From an uncultured Acidobacteriota bacterium (GTDB lineage: Bacteria > Acidobacteriota > Terriglobia > Terriglobales > Acidobacteriaceae): a DNA stretch of 64,000 nt. Below are positions 18,233 through 28,363 of the stretch, in pieces (the stretch's first letter is position 1; the number at the start of each line of letters is the position of its first letter). The notes beneath the pieces were generated by a model. It worked only from the letters and a program-made list of their open reading frames with translations, did no database searches and was not told where the DNA came from. The translations under genes and the position numbers were made by a program. The stretch is taken from assembly GCA_963785865.1 (NCBI GenBank), contig CAWAXF010000032.1, forward strand, positions 75,733 through 139,732. Reading direction: 5' to 3'.

Positions 18233-18952
18233 CTACGCCGCAAGATTCTTTTCGCCGATACTCTCCCCGGGTTTCAGTTCCAGAACTTCAACACCTGGAA
18301 CCATCTTCTGCAGTGTATTTGGCCTTCCAGTGAGGACGGGGAAAGTTCCGAAGTGCATCGGGATTACGGTCTTGGGTTTTAGCAGATTGCACGCGTAGGC
18401 GGCCTCGCGCGGACCCATGGTGTAGTGGTCACCAATAGGAAGCATCACGACCTCGGGCGCATACAGATCGCGAATGATTGCCATGTCACCGAAAACATTG
18501 GTGTCGCCAGCATGATAGATTTTCGTCCCATTCGAAAATTCAACCACATAGCCACACGCCTCGCCACCATAAATCAATTCGTCGCCATCCTGAATGCCGC
18601 AGGAATGATCGGCATGCACCATGGTGACTTTGATATCGCCCACCGTCTGCGTACCGCCTTTGTTCATCTCCGCAACCTGCTTAGCACCCTTTTTGCCAAG
18701 CCAACGCGCCAGCTCGGGAATGCCGACCACCACTGGATTGTGCTGCTTAATGATTTCCACGGCATCTCCAATATGATCGCCATGGCCATGTGTGCAAAGC
18801 AGAACATCGACCTTCTTCACCTTCTTTGCCGAATCCGGGCACATCGGATTATTCATGATCCAAGGATCGATAATCACCGTCTTGCCGCCCGGGGTCTCAA
18901 TGCGGAATGTTGCATGTCCTAACCAGGTGAGTTTGACGCCTTTCAAATTCAT
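18233..18952 (-). CDS. Metallo-beta-lactamase-fold hydrolase (UPF0173 type)
   Basis: The sequence from ATG 18952 begins MNLKGVKLTWLGHATFRIE. It has the THGHGDH metal motif, the HFGTFP motif near the C-terminal end, and a length of about 239 aa. Confidence 0.8.
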   Translation of the reverse strand: MNLKGVKLTWLGHATFRIETPGGKTVIIDPWIMNNPMCPDSAKKVKKVDVLLCTHGHGDHIGDAVEIIKQHNPVVVGIPELARWLGKKGAKQVAEMNKGGTQTVGDIKVTMVHADHSCGIQDGDELIYGGEACGYVVEFSNGTKIYHAGDTNVFGDMAIIRDLYAPEVVMLPIGDHYTMGPREAAYACNLLKPKTVIPMHFGTFPVLTGRPNTLQKMVPGVEVLELKPGESIGEKNLAA

Positions 18953-19032
18953 TGCTTTCTCACTCCTGCTATCTTGCTCGTCGTAACGGATGCTTTTTCG
19001 GAAATGGCGCACCTAGTTTAATATGAAACGCC

Positions 19033-19584
19033 ATGCCAGAACTTAAGGTGCTGATTCCGCGCGAAGACGTTGCCCGGCGCGTGCGCGAACTGGGCGCGCA
19101 AATCACGAAAGACTTCGCCGGGCAATCGCTGACTCTGGTAGGTGTTCTCAAGGGTGCTGCGATTTTTCTCTCCGACCTCGCGCGCAATGTGGACCTGGAC
19201 GCCTCTTTCGATTTCATCGGCGTATCCAGCTACGGCAACCGTCCGAGTCCATCCCAGGAGTTGCAGAGCGGCTGGGACTCAACCGGGGAAGTGAAGCTGA
19301 CCAAAGACGTCGATCAGAGCATGCGGGACAAGAACATCATTCTCGTGGAGGACATCCTGGACACCGGGCTGACAATGACATACCTCAAAAAGTTATTGAT
19401 GGCACGCCAGCCGCGGTGTTTGAAAGTTGCGGCGCTTCTGGACAAGCCGTCCCGCCGCAAGCTTCCGCTGGAAGGCGACTACATCGGATTTAAAATTCCC
19501 GATGAATTCGTGGTCGGTTACGGACTCGACTACGCGGAAAAGTACCGGAATCTCGCAGATATCTGTGTCGTCCCGCGAGAATAG
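19033..19584 (+). CDS. hpt: Hypoxanthine phosphoribosyltransferase
   Basis: LVGVLKGA..F..DL, the PRPP loop ILVEDILDTGLT, and GFKIPDEFVVGYGLDY. It carries a roughly 10-aa insertion after SSYG. Confidence 0.9.
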   Translation: MPELKVLIPREDVARRVRELGAQITKDFAGQSLTLVGVLKGAAIFLSDLARNVDLDASFDFIGVSSYGNRPSPSQELQSGWDSTGEVKLTKDVDQSMRDKNIILVEDILDTGLTMTYLKKLLMARQPRCLKVAALLDKPSRRKLPLEGDYIGFKIPDEFVVGYGLDYAEKYRNLADICVVPRE

Positions 19585-19718
19585 TTTTGATCATTGCTGG
19601 TGCTGTCTCGCATCACGTAGTTGGGGTTTAAATTCAACCATTCAGCCCGATCGCGCGCTGACGCTACACGAAAGAATCTGTTTGGCCGCGAGATTCCCGC
19701 CTGGGCGGGATCAAAATT

Positions 19719-21512
19719 GTGGCTGCTATCATTACCAGCATGAGTTCTGTGGTCTCCAAGACGGATCCGTCACCCGCCGAGTCCCTTCTGCTCGACGTCG
19801 CAGACGTGCTGGCCACATCGCTTGACCTCGATACCACTCTGCGCCGGGTCGCCGAGGTTGTCCGCAAGGTCATCGACTACGAGATCTTCGCCATTTTGCT
19901 GTTGAACGAAAAGACGCAGGAAATGCGTTTCCGTTTCCAGATCGGTTATCCAACGGAGTTCATCGAGCGCACCCGCGTCAAGGTGGGCGAGGGTGTCACC
20001 GGCCTGGCCGCGCAGTTGCGGCAGCCGGTGTTGATTGACGACGTTCGTGAGGATCCGCGCTACATCGAGGCCATTCCGAACGTATGTTCCGAGCTAGCCA
20101 TCCCGCTGATCACGAAAAACCGGGTGATCGGTGTCATCGATATCGAAGCCCGTGAGCCGCGCTCGTTCACCGCGGAGCATCAGCGCCTGCTCACGCTGGT
20201 GGCTTCGCGCATGGCCGCCGGCATCGAGAACGCGCAACTGTACACCCGCACAACCAAGCAGGCGCGCATTCTGCTGCTGCTCAACGAAATCGCCCGTGAA
20301 CTGACGTCCATTCTGAACCTCGATGAACTCTTCGGACGCATTGCTGAACTTGTCCGCCGTTTGATTGATTACCAGATGTTCAGCATTCTGCTGCTGGACT
20401 CGTCGGGCGAGAAGCTGCAACACCGCTTCTCGCTTCGCTTCAACGAGAACATTCATCTGAAGGATGACATTCCTCTCGGCCGCGGGCTGGTGGGCTATGC
20501 AGCGGACAGCAAAGAAGCCGTGTTGGTCCCCGATGTCACAAAAGATCCGCGCTATGTAGAGGCAAATCCGGAGACCCGTTCTGAACTGGTTGTACCCCTG
20601 ATTTACAAAAGCAAAGTCATCGGAGTGCTCGATCTGGAGCACACCCGGCGAGGGTTCTTTACCGATGAGCACAAGCGCACCATGACCACGTTGGCTGCCC
20701 AAATCGCCATCGCGGTCGAGAACGCGCGCCTGTACGAAGAAATCGAGCGGCAGGAACGCCGTTTGGAACGGGATCTGTCGCTGGCGCGCGAACTGCAGAG
20801 CCGGCTGCTGCCCCAAACCAATCCCAAGCTCGCGCATCTCGACGTGGCCGCGAAGTTTGTCCCTGCCCGGACGATTGGCGGGGATCTCTACGATTTCATC
20901 CCTTATTCCATGTCGCGTCTGGGCATCGTCATCGGCGACGTGAGCGGGAAAGGAGCGCCCGCTGCGATTTATGCTGCCCTCGTCAGCGGGATCATCCGTT
21001 CCCATGCTCCCATCGAGCCGGCGCCTGCAGAGATGCTTTCCGCTGTCAATCTTTCTCTCGCCGAACGCCGCATCGAAGCGCAATTTGTTTCCATCATCTA
21101 TGCCGTCTGGGACGACGCGCAGCGAACCTTGACGGTGTCCAACTCTGGCCTTCCCCGTCCCATTTTTGTACATGGAGGCAAGAACGAGGTGATCGAGGCG
21201 ACTGGCTTGCCGCTCGGCCTCTTCGATGAAGCAGAGTACGATGAATTCGAGTTCCGCATGAAACCCGGCGACATGTTCGTATTCTTCAGCGATGGCATTC
21301 TCGACGCGCGCAACAGCAAAGGAGAACTCTTCGGCAGACGGCGAACGGAAGAAGTGATAGCCGAGTGTACGGAGCAATCTGCCTCGTGCGTGGTCGAATC
21401 CATCTTCAAGGCTGTGGCTGAGCACGCGGCCGGGGTCGAAACTTTCGATGACCAGACAGTTGTTGCTATCCGGGTGCGAGGGAGTTCGTCGACATCCAGT
21501 AAAAAGAAATGA
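19719..21512 (+). CDS. GAF-GAF-PP2C (SpoIIE/RsbU-type) protein phosphatase
   Basis: Two GAF-like repeats, each ending ...ELA/VVPLI.K.+VIGV+D+E. The C-terminal PP2C part reads GGDLYDF...IGDVSGKG..AA...FSDG+.DA. Confidence 0.8.
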   Translation: MAAIITSMSSVVSKTDPSPAESLLLDVADVLATSLDLDTTLRRVAEVVRKVIDYEIFAILLLNEKTQEMRFRFQIGYPTEFIERTRVKVGEGVTGLAAQLRQPVLIDDVREDPRYIEAIPNVCSELAIPLITKNRVIGVIDIEAREPRSFTAEHQRLLTLVASRMAAGIENAQLYTRTTKQARILLLLNEIARELTSILNLDELFGRIAELVRRLIDYQMFSILLLDSSGEKLQHRFSLRFNENIHLKDDIPLGRGLVGYAADSKEAVLVPDVTKDPRYVEANPETRSELVVPLIYKSKVIGVLDLEHTRRGFFTDEHKRTMTTLAAQIAIAVENARLYEEIERQERRLERDLSLARELQSRLLPQTNPKLAHLDVAAKFVPARTIGGDLYDFIPYSMSRLGIVIGDVSGKGAPAAIYAALVSGIIRSHAPIEPAPAEMLSAVNLSLAERRIEAQFVSIIYAVWDDAQRTLTVSNSGLPRPIFVHGGKNEVIEATGLPLGLFDEAEYDEFEFRMKPGDMFVFFSDGILDARNSKGELFGRRRTEEVIAECTEQSASCVVESIFKAVAEHAAGVETFDDQTVVAIRVRGSSSTSSKKK

Positions 21513-22837
21513 CTCCTCGAAGTCAGACTTTGTCGGTCGGACGCAGGCCGGGGTTCTTGTATCGCGAGATGAAACAGGGTCTCCTGCGCCGTGGCGGTGT
21601 TTTTGTTTTGCACTGCGAGAACCTGCCCACAACAAAGCTGGTGAAAAAGTACGGCACCCCTCTTTACGTGTATTCGGCCGCAATGATTCACGAACGCTAC
21701 GCATCGTTTGATCGTGCGTTCCGTGAAGTCCCCCACATCATCTGTTACTCCGTCAAAGCCAATTCGAACCTGAGCATTCTGCGGCTGCTTGCCAAAAAAG
21801 GGTGCGGCTTTGACGTCGTGTCCGGGGGAGAACTGGAGCGCGTGCTCGCCGCGGACAAACGAGCAGCGAAGCGCGTCGTGTTTTCCGGTGTGGGTAAGAC
21901 GAGGGAAGAACTCACTGCGGCCTTGAAGGCTGGAATCATGCTCTTCAATGTGGAGAGCGAGTCGGAACTGTGGGCCCTGGCCGAGTGCGCCGGACGGATG
22001 CATGCCATTGCTCCCGTCGCGCTGCGTGTCAATCCTGATGTCGCCGCCGAAACACATCCCTACATTTCAACCGGACTGCACAAACACAAGTTCGGAGTCC
22101 CGATCGGCGATGCGCGGGAGCTTTATGCGAAAGCATCCAGCGCACGCTATCTTACTGTTCGCGGAGTGAGCGTGCACATTGGCTCGCAGATCACGGATGC
22201 CGCACCCTTCGGCGAAGCCATGGCTCGGGTCGCCGATCTTGTGCGCGAACTTCGTCGCGACGGCCACGCCATCGATTATGTCGATGCGGGTGGCGGACTC
22301 GGAATTGATTACGACAAACCGAATGCCGATGCCCCCGCCAACGTTGCGGCTTATGCGCGCGCTCTCATAGCCCCCTTACGAGATCTCGACGTGCAACTAC
22401 TGCTCGAACCAGGACGCTGCATCGTGGGCCCAGCCGGCATTCTGCTGACTTCCGTCGTTTACAAGAAAGCGAATAATGGTAAGCGTTTCGTCATAGTCGA
22501 TGCCGCCATGAACGATTTGATCCGTCCCGCGCTCTACGGTGCCTACCACGAGATTGTTGCAGTCATTCAGCGTGGAGACTCCGGTGCGAAGCCGGAAACA
22601 GCAGATATAGTCGGACCGATTTGTGAAACAGGAGATTTCTTCGCCCGGGATCGCCAGATCCCGTCGGTCGAAGAGGGAGAACTGCTGGCCATCCTCGACG
22701 CCGGCGCCTATGGAATGGTACTCGCCTCGAACTACAACACGCGGCCAAGGCCTGCAGAAATATTGGTTTCGGGTACTTCCGCGAAAGTGATTCGGCGGCG
22801 CGAGAAAGTTTCAGATCTCCTCCGGCCCGAGCTCTGA
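21509..22837 (+). CDS. lysA: Diaminopimelate decarboxylase
   Basis: TPLYVYS..., YSVKANSN (PLP Lys), HIGSQ, GGGLGI, EPGR, CESGD-like ICETGD. ATG 21509 overlaps the upstream stop (ATGA). ATG 21569 is an alternative start. Confidence 0.9.
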   Translation: MTPRSQTLSVGRRPGFLYREMKQGLLRRGGVFVLHCENLPTTKLVKKYGTPLYVYSAAMIHERYASFDRAFREVPHIICYSVKANSNLSILRLLAKKGCGFDVVSGGELERVLAADKRAAKRVVFSGVGKTREELTAALKAGIMLFNVESESELWALAECAGRMHAIAPVALRVNPDVAAETHPYISTGLHKHKFGVPIGDARELYAKASSARYLTVRGVSVHIGSQITDAAPFGEAMARVADLVRELRRDGHAIDYVDAGGGLGIDYDKPNADAPANVAAYARALIAPLRDLDVQLLLEPGRCIVGPAGILLTSVVYKKANNGKRFVIVDAAMNDLIRPALYGAYHEIVAVIQRGDSGAKPETADIVGPICETGDFFARDRQIPSVEEGELLAILDAGAYGMVLASNYNTRPRPAEILVSGTSAKVIRRREKVSDLLRPEL

Positions 22838-22868
22838 CTCACTTTGACTGCGCAAGGCCAGCGCCCGG

Positions 22869-23753
22869 TCACACCGGTTTTTCTCCCCACTTCATTTTCG
22901 TGCGCAGCACCTGAAAAAAATCAGTTCCGGTCCGGAACAGGGCTACATGATGCTCCGAACGCCGGCAGCGCACCCGATCCCCGTCTCGAAGGTCGAGCCC
23001 CGGCTGCCCGTCCAGGCTGAGGTACGCCACTTCCTCTTCACTGCGTAACAGAATTTCGATTTCAGATGAATCCGGCACCACCAGCGGGCGATGTGTAAGG
23101 GAATGCGGTGCGACGGGTGTGATGACGAGGGCTGCGACGGTGGGCATCAGCACCGGGCCTCCGGCTGAGAGCGAATACGCCGTGGACCCCGTCGGAGTCG
23201 CGATGATCATTCCATCCGCGCGATAGCTTGACACAAAAGCCTTGTCGACGTAGAGGTCGTATGTGTTCAGCCGGGCCAAGGCAGTTTTGTTGACCACCGC
23301 ATCGTTGAACACCATATAGCTGCCGCGCACAGTGCCGTCGCGCAGCATCTCAACCTGCATTAGGGACCGATGTTCCACGGCTGCTCGTCCCTGCACAATC
23401 GCGTCCAGCATGGAATACAGCGATTGCAACGGCACTTCCGTCAGAAACCCGAGAGAACCAAGATTCACTCCCAGCAGTGGCACATCGATCGCGGCCGTAA
23501 CCCGGCCCGCCGACAGCAGGGTGCCATCCCCGCCCAGCACAACGACCAGGTCGAGCGGATGCTGGTCCATTTCTGCCCGGGGTACGACTTGCTGATTGGA
23601 AACGTATCTCCCGGTTTGCTCATCGACAATCACGTTGTAGCCATGATCGGCAAACCAGTTCAGCAGGTCTGGCATGATATTTGCCACCTGAGGACGGCCG
23701 GGCCTGGAGATGATTGCCGCCGTCTTGCGGGCGGCTGATGGTTGGTTTGCCAT
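22869..23753 (-). CDS. nadK: NAD+ kinase
   Basis: GGDGTLL, NLGSLGFLTE, and ATPTGSTAYSLSAGGP motifs. The start is uncertain: ATG 23753, or TTG 23816 overlapping the tlyA stop. Confidence 0.85.
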   Translation of the reverse strand: MANQPSAARKTAAIISRPGRPQVANIMPDLLNWFADHGYNVIVDEQTGRYVSNQQVVPRAEMDQHPLDLVVVLGGDGTLLSAGRVTAAIDVPLLGVNLGSLGFLTEVPLQSLYSMLDAIVQGRAAVEHRSLMQVEMLRDGTVRGSYMVFNDAVVNKTALARLNTYDLYVDKAFVSSYRADGMIIATPTGSTAYSLSAGGPVLMPTVAALVITPVAPHSLTHRPLVVPDSSEIEILLRSEEEVAYLSLDGQPGLDLRDGDRVRCRRSEHHVALFRTGTDFFQVLRTKMKWGEKPV

Positions 23754-23812
23754 TTCGCTGGTAAAACGTCGATTGTACAGAAAAGTTGAAAATTCACACA
23801 CGGACACTGCAA

Positions 23813-24565
23813 TCAAAGAATTGCGTAAAGAAGAAATTCGCGGTTCCCTTCGGCACCCAGGATGGGAGATTCGATGCTGTCCGTCTGAACTGCACCGAGG
23901 CCTGCAGCGGCACTTCGGACCTTCTCCACAGCCGCCAGTTGCGCCTCCTGGTCACGGACAATGCCGCCCTTCCCTACGCGTTCCCTGCCGACTTCGAACT
24001 GAGGCTTCACCAGGACGACAATCTTGCGCCCGGTACGGTCTTGTGGGGCTGCGGGAAAGGCACTGCCCACCACCGCCGGGAGGACGAGCGTGGCGGAGAT
24101 AAACGACACGTCCATCGCAATGAAGTCCGCTGTTTCCCCGAGAGCTTCGCGACTGAGAAACCGCGCGTTCGTCTTCTCTAATAGGCGAACCCGCGAGTCC
24201 TGACGCAATTTGAAATCCATTTGCCCGTACCCAGTGTCAATCGCTAGTACACGAGCAGCCCCGTGCTGCAAAAGGCAATCAGTGAATCCTCCGGTCGAGG
24301 CGCCAACATCCAGGCAAATTTTTGCTCGAACATCAATATTCCAGTACTCCAGAGCTCGCTCAAGCTTGAGACCGCCGCGACTCACGTATCTCAGATCTTC
24401 TCCGAGCAAGCGAATCGTGCTGTCGAGCGCGACCTGTGCACCGGCTTTCTCGATTTTCTGGCCATCGACCAGAACCTTGCCCGCGAGGATGAGCGCCTGC
24501 GCCCGCTCCCGCGATGGCACGAGCGCACGTTCCACCAGCACTTTGTCGAGTCTCGCTTTCACCAT
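23813..24565 (-). CDS. tlyA: TlyA-family 16S/23S rRNA (cytidine-2'-O)-methyltransferase
   Basis: N-terminal S4 domain (RLDKVLVERALVPSRERAQALILAGKV.VDG), SRGGLKL, and LDVGASTGGFTDCLLQ.GA SAM motif. Confidence 0.85.
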   Translation of the reverse strand: MVKARLDKVLVERALVPSRERAQALILAGKVLVDGQKIEKAGAQVALDSTIRLLGEDLRYVSRGGLKLERALEYWNIDVRAKICLDVGASTGGFTDCLLQHGAARVLAIDTGYGQMDFKLRQDSRVRLLEKTNARFLSREALGETADFIAMDVSFISATLVLPAVVGSAFPAAPQDRTGRKIVVLVKPQFEVGRERVGKGGIVRDQEAQLAAVEKVRSAAAGLGAVQTDSIESPILGAEGNREFLLYAIL

Positions 24566-24763
24566 GGGGCAGAAAAATTGAAATCTATTCCTTTCCACTC
24601 ATACCACCTAAGTGCCAGCAACAACTCCGGTGCAAAGTGCTGAACCATCACTCGATGAACCATTTACGTCAACATGAACGCGCTTTTCCACAGCGTTTTC
24701 CACGAATATGTTGAAAACTTCAGTAGAAAACCGGTTGCGCAATGAAGAAAACTGTGCGCGCAC

Positions 24764-24789
24764 GAAAAAGCCGCCCACTCGGGCGGCTT
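24764..24789 (-). terminator. Rho-independent terminator of the yebC-family gene
   Basis: The minus strand reads AAGCCGCCC-GAGT-GGGCGGCTT, a perfect 9-bp stem, followed by TTTTTCG. It lies about 25 nt after the stop. Confidence 0.75.
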
Positions 24790-24812
24790 CGTCAGCGAAA
24801 GATGGATTAGAA

Positions 24813-25562
24813 CTATCCCGCAACTTCCTCCAGTAACTTCTGATCGATGTCGAAGTTCGCGTGCACGTTCTGCACGTCGTCATGTTCCTCGAGCGCTTCC
24901 ATCAGGCGGATCATCGTATTCGCCGCCTGGCCTTCGAGCTTAATGTAATTCTGCGGAACGGAAGCAACACTCGCCGAAGCCGGTGTGATGCCGGCCTTCT
25001 TCACCGCCTCGAGCACTGCCTCGTATGCCGAGGGCTCAGTGATGATCTCCCAGTTGTCTCCATCGTCGTGCAGGTCTTCACCACCCGACTCGAGCACAAT
25101 ATTCATCAAATCATCTTCTTTCGCCGTCGACTTGGGAACGAGGATGTCACCCTTCTTATGGAACATCCAGGAGACAGCACCAGCCTCGGCCATGTTGCCG
25201 CCGTTCTTCCCGAACACATGGCGAATCTCACTAACGGTGCGATTGCGATTATCGGTATTAATGTCGAGCAGAATGGCAACGCCGCCCGGCCCGTAGCCTT
25301 CCAGCGAAAACTCCTCATACGTGGCACCGGGCAGTTCGCCCGTACCGCGCTGGATGGCCCGCTTGATGTTGTCGGCAGGCATATTCTCAGCCTTTGCTGC
25401 AACGATGGCGCCACGCAGGCGCGGGTTGGAATCCGGATCCCCCCCACCATTCTTGGCGGCAATACTGATTTCCTTGATCAATCGGGTAAAAATCTTGCCG
25501 CGCTTCGCGTCGAGCGCGCCCTTTTTATGCTTGATTGTGGCCCATTTAGAATGGCCGGACAT
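24813..25562 (-). CDS. yebC: YebC/PmpR-family transcriptional regulator
   Basis: MSGHSKWATIKHKKGALDAKRGKIFT+L.KEI is the invariant family N-terminus. 249 aa. Confidence 0.9.
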   Translation of the reverse strand: MSGHSKWATIKHKKGALDAKRGKIFTRLIKEISIAAKNGGGDPDSNPRLRGAIVAAKAENMPADNIKRAIQRGTGELPGATYEEFSLEGYGPGGVAILLDINTDNRNRTVSEIRHVFGKNGGNMAEAGAVSWMFHKKGDILVPKSTAKEDDLMNIVLESGGEDLHDDGDNWEIITEPSAYEAVLEAVKKAGITPASASVASVPQNYIKLEGQAANTMIRLMEALEEHDDVQNVHANFDIDQKLLEEVAG

Positions 25563-25806
25563 AGTTCGACCTCGTATTTATTGAAGATCTTTAAAGAGCA
25601 ACGATAGCGCAGGATTCGCCTAGTTTAGAGGAGATCACAGATTGCCTCGATGTCGATGCAGGCGAATCAGAATTATAGCATGCGCATGCAGACAAACGTC
25701 ATTCCATCCTCTCAGCGATTATCGCGTCCGCGGCCTTCGCTCGGAGCTATTGACTCATCCCTCCGGCGCTCCTAACATGCGGTGCGAGAGGTATTTGTAA
25801 GCGGCT

Positions 25807-28360
25807 ATGATCGGCCAGCGGGTTGGGCACTATCGTGTCGTGGAAAAAATCGGCGCTGGCGGTATGGGCGAAGTCTACAGGGCGCGGGACGAGCGCCTCG
25901 GCCGCGACGTCGCCCTCAAACTGATCCGGCCTGCCTCTAGCGAGAATCCCGACCATCTTCGCCGCTTTGAACAGGAAGCTCGTGCTGCTGCCGCACTGAA
26001 CCACCCCAATATCCTTGCCATTTTCGACGTCGGCCTTGAGGGAGCAACTCCGTACATCATCTCCGAGTTGCTCGAAGGCAAGACTCTGCGCGATCGGCTG
26101 AATGAGGGCGCTATCCCCCTGCGCCAAGCCTCTGCGTATGCACTACAAATCACCCAAGCCCTAGTTGCGGCCCACGAGCGCCATATCGTTCATCGCGACT
26201 TGAAACCGGAAAATCTGTTTCTCACCAACGATGATCGCGTAAAGATCCTCGACTTTGGTGTCGCCAAGCTGCAGGCAGCGGTGGACGAAGATCGAGCCAT
26301 CGAGAGCCTTACCACCGTCACCAAGCATGGTGCGGTGATCGGCACGGTCGCGTACATGAGCCCGGAGCAGTTGCGCGCCAAACCGGTCGATCATCGCAGC
26401 GACATCTTCAGCTTCGGTGCGATTCTCTACGAAATGCTGACCGGTCGGCGCGCGTTTCGCGGCGAAACTGAAGTGGACACGATGACCGCCGTGCTGCGGG
26501 AGGAACCTCCTGCAACCGTGCTTGAAGAGGCAGCGATCCCCGCAACCTATCAAGATATCCTCCGGCACTGCCTCGAGAAAGAACCGGAGAATCGGTTCCA
26601 GTCCGCCAAGGACCTGGCGTTCGCATTACAGACGCTATCCGGCTCTGCTCCGATCAAGACGGCTTGGTACTCACCACGTACTCGCAAAACCCGGATCGTT
26701 CCTTGGGTGATAGTCGCGGCCATGGCCATGGCCGTAGTTGCTCTGCTTGCAGCGCTAGTGCTGCGTGCGCCATCAAGACCCCCGACTTTCAGTCGTCTTA
26801 CGTTTGAAGACGGCACAATCTATGCGGCCCGATTCGCACCCGACGGTCAGTCGATCGTGTATGGGGCAGCTTGGAACGATCGGCCAGTGCGGCTTTTCTC
26901 GACGGTCGGTAACTCATTGCTGGCCCAACCGCTCGCATTCGGCGATGCCAATCTGCTGGCAATTTCCCGCACTAACGAGCTGGCCCTGGTTCTGCATGGC
27001 ACCCACAATGGGCAACTGGAAATCATGAATGGCATGCTGGCGCGCGCGCCCATAGCCGGTGGATCTCCGCGCGAAATCCTTTCCGACATTCGGTGGGCCG
27101 ATTGGGACCCTTCCGGAAAGCTGGCCATCGTTCACAACGTCGGAGGTCACAGCCGCCTGGAGTATCCAGTTGGCAAGTTGCTCTACGAGAGCCCGGGATG
27201 GATCAGCCATATCCGATTCTCTCCACAAGGAGACAGCATTGCTTTCATGGATCACCCGGCGCTCTGGGATACCCGCGGCGTGGTGAGCATGGTTGACATG
27301 GCCGGCCATGTGCGCAAGCTTACGCAGGAGTGGGATTGTGAAAGCGGTTTGGCCTGGACGCCGGACGGAAACGAAGTCTGGTTCAGCGCAGTGAACAATG
27401 GCAACAATCTGAACCTGATGGCTGTAAGCCGGTCAGGAAAACTCCGCAGCGTGCTGGATCTGCCGGTGGCAATCTATCTGCAAGATATTGCGGCCGACGG
27501 GCGTGTGCTCTTCAGCCTGAATTCCAAGCGCCTGGATATGGCGTATAGCACGCTCCAGCAAAATCAGGATGTGGACCTTTCCTATCACGATGAAAACTCC
27601 GTTCGCGCAATCTCCAGCGACGGCCGTTTTGTCGTGTTCGAGGATTCGAGCGAGGCGGCCGGTCCAGGCTACGCGGTCCTCGCGCGCAACGTCGATGGTT
27701 CACTGCCGGTCCGCCTGGGAGAAGGCAGTGCTGGAGGAATCTCGCCGGATGGAAAATGGGTGCTTTCCATTTCGACCAGCAAGCCGCTGCAGGTAACTTT
27801 GCTGCCCATCGGTGCAGGAGAACCGCGCACGCTCAATGTCACGGGCTTGCAACATATCCACAACGGATTCGCGCGCTTCCTTCCCGACGGACAGAACTTC
27901 GCGGTGAACGGTGATGATGCAGGCCGGGCATCACGCTGTTATTTAGTCGATGTCACCACTGGCGCAGCCAAAACCGCCAGCCCGGAAGGTGTCACTTGCG
28001 GCGTGTTTTCCGCCGGATGGCGGAGCTATGGCCGGATCTATGGATGGTGGGATTGCAATCTACTCCCTCGCGGGAGGTAGCCCGCGCATAATCCCCCATC
28101 TCACTGCGGATTTCACGCCGGTGGAGTGGTCCAGCGACGGTTCTTCGCTGTACGGCTACCATTTCGGTGAGTTTCCCAGCAAGGTTTACAGAGCTGATCT
28201 CGCTAACGGTGAGCAGCGAGTCGTCAAGGAATTGAAGCCCGGCGTGCCTGCGGGCGTGGTACTTGTTGCCCCGGTCATTGTGAGTCGCGACGGCAAACGT
28301 TTTGCCTACAGCTACAACCAGACGCTGTCTGTCTTACACGTTGTCTCCGGACTCCAGTAG
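25807..28360 (+). pseudogene. Ser/Thr protein kinase with a TM segment and a C-terminal TolB-like WD40-like beta-propeller. There is a frame break near the C-terminus.
   Basis: Kinase motifs GAGGMGEVY, VALK, HRDLKPEN, DFG, and SPEQ. It has a TM segment and FSPQGD/ISPDGK repeats. ORF 25807..28080 and ORF 27950..28360 overlap in frames offset by 1 nt. The second ORF continues the propeller repeats (WSSDGSSLY, VSRDGKRFAY). Confidence 0.75.
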
Positions 28361-28363
28361 TTG

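Noticed and set aside
20094-21704. 536-aa minus-strand ORF overlapping the GAF-GAF-PP2C gene. Similar long shadow ORFs lie at 15816..16772 (-), 35963..36850 (+), 38777..40051 (+), 50885..51868 (+), 21098..22057 (-) and 37664..38305 (+).
   Set aside because: Their composition is Arg/Ser/Cys/His-rich and low-complexity with no motifs. Each lies antisense to a gene with clear family signatures. This is the typical stop-codon-poor antisense frame of GC-rich DNA.
25678-25689. 12-bp perfect palindrome GCATGCGCATGC, and a 9-bp inverted repeat GATTCGCCT/AGGCGAATC, in the yebC/kinase divergent region.
   Set aside because: These are short, GC-rich, restriction-site-like repeats with no resemblance to a known operator. 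This is expected by chance in a 240-bp intergenic region of this composition.
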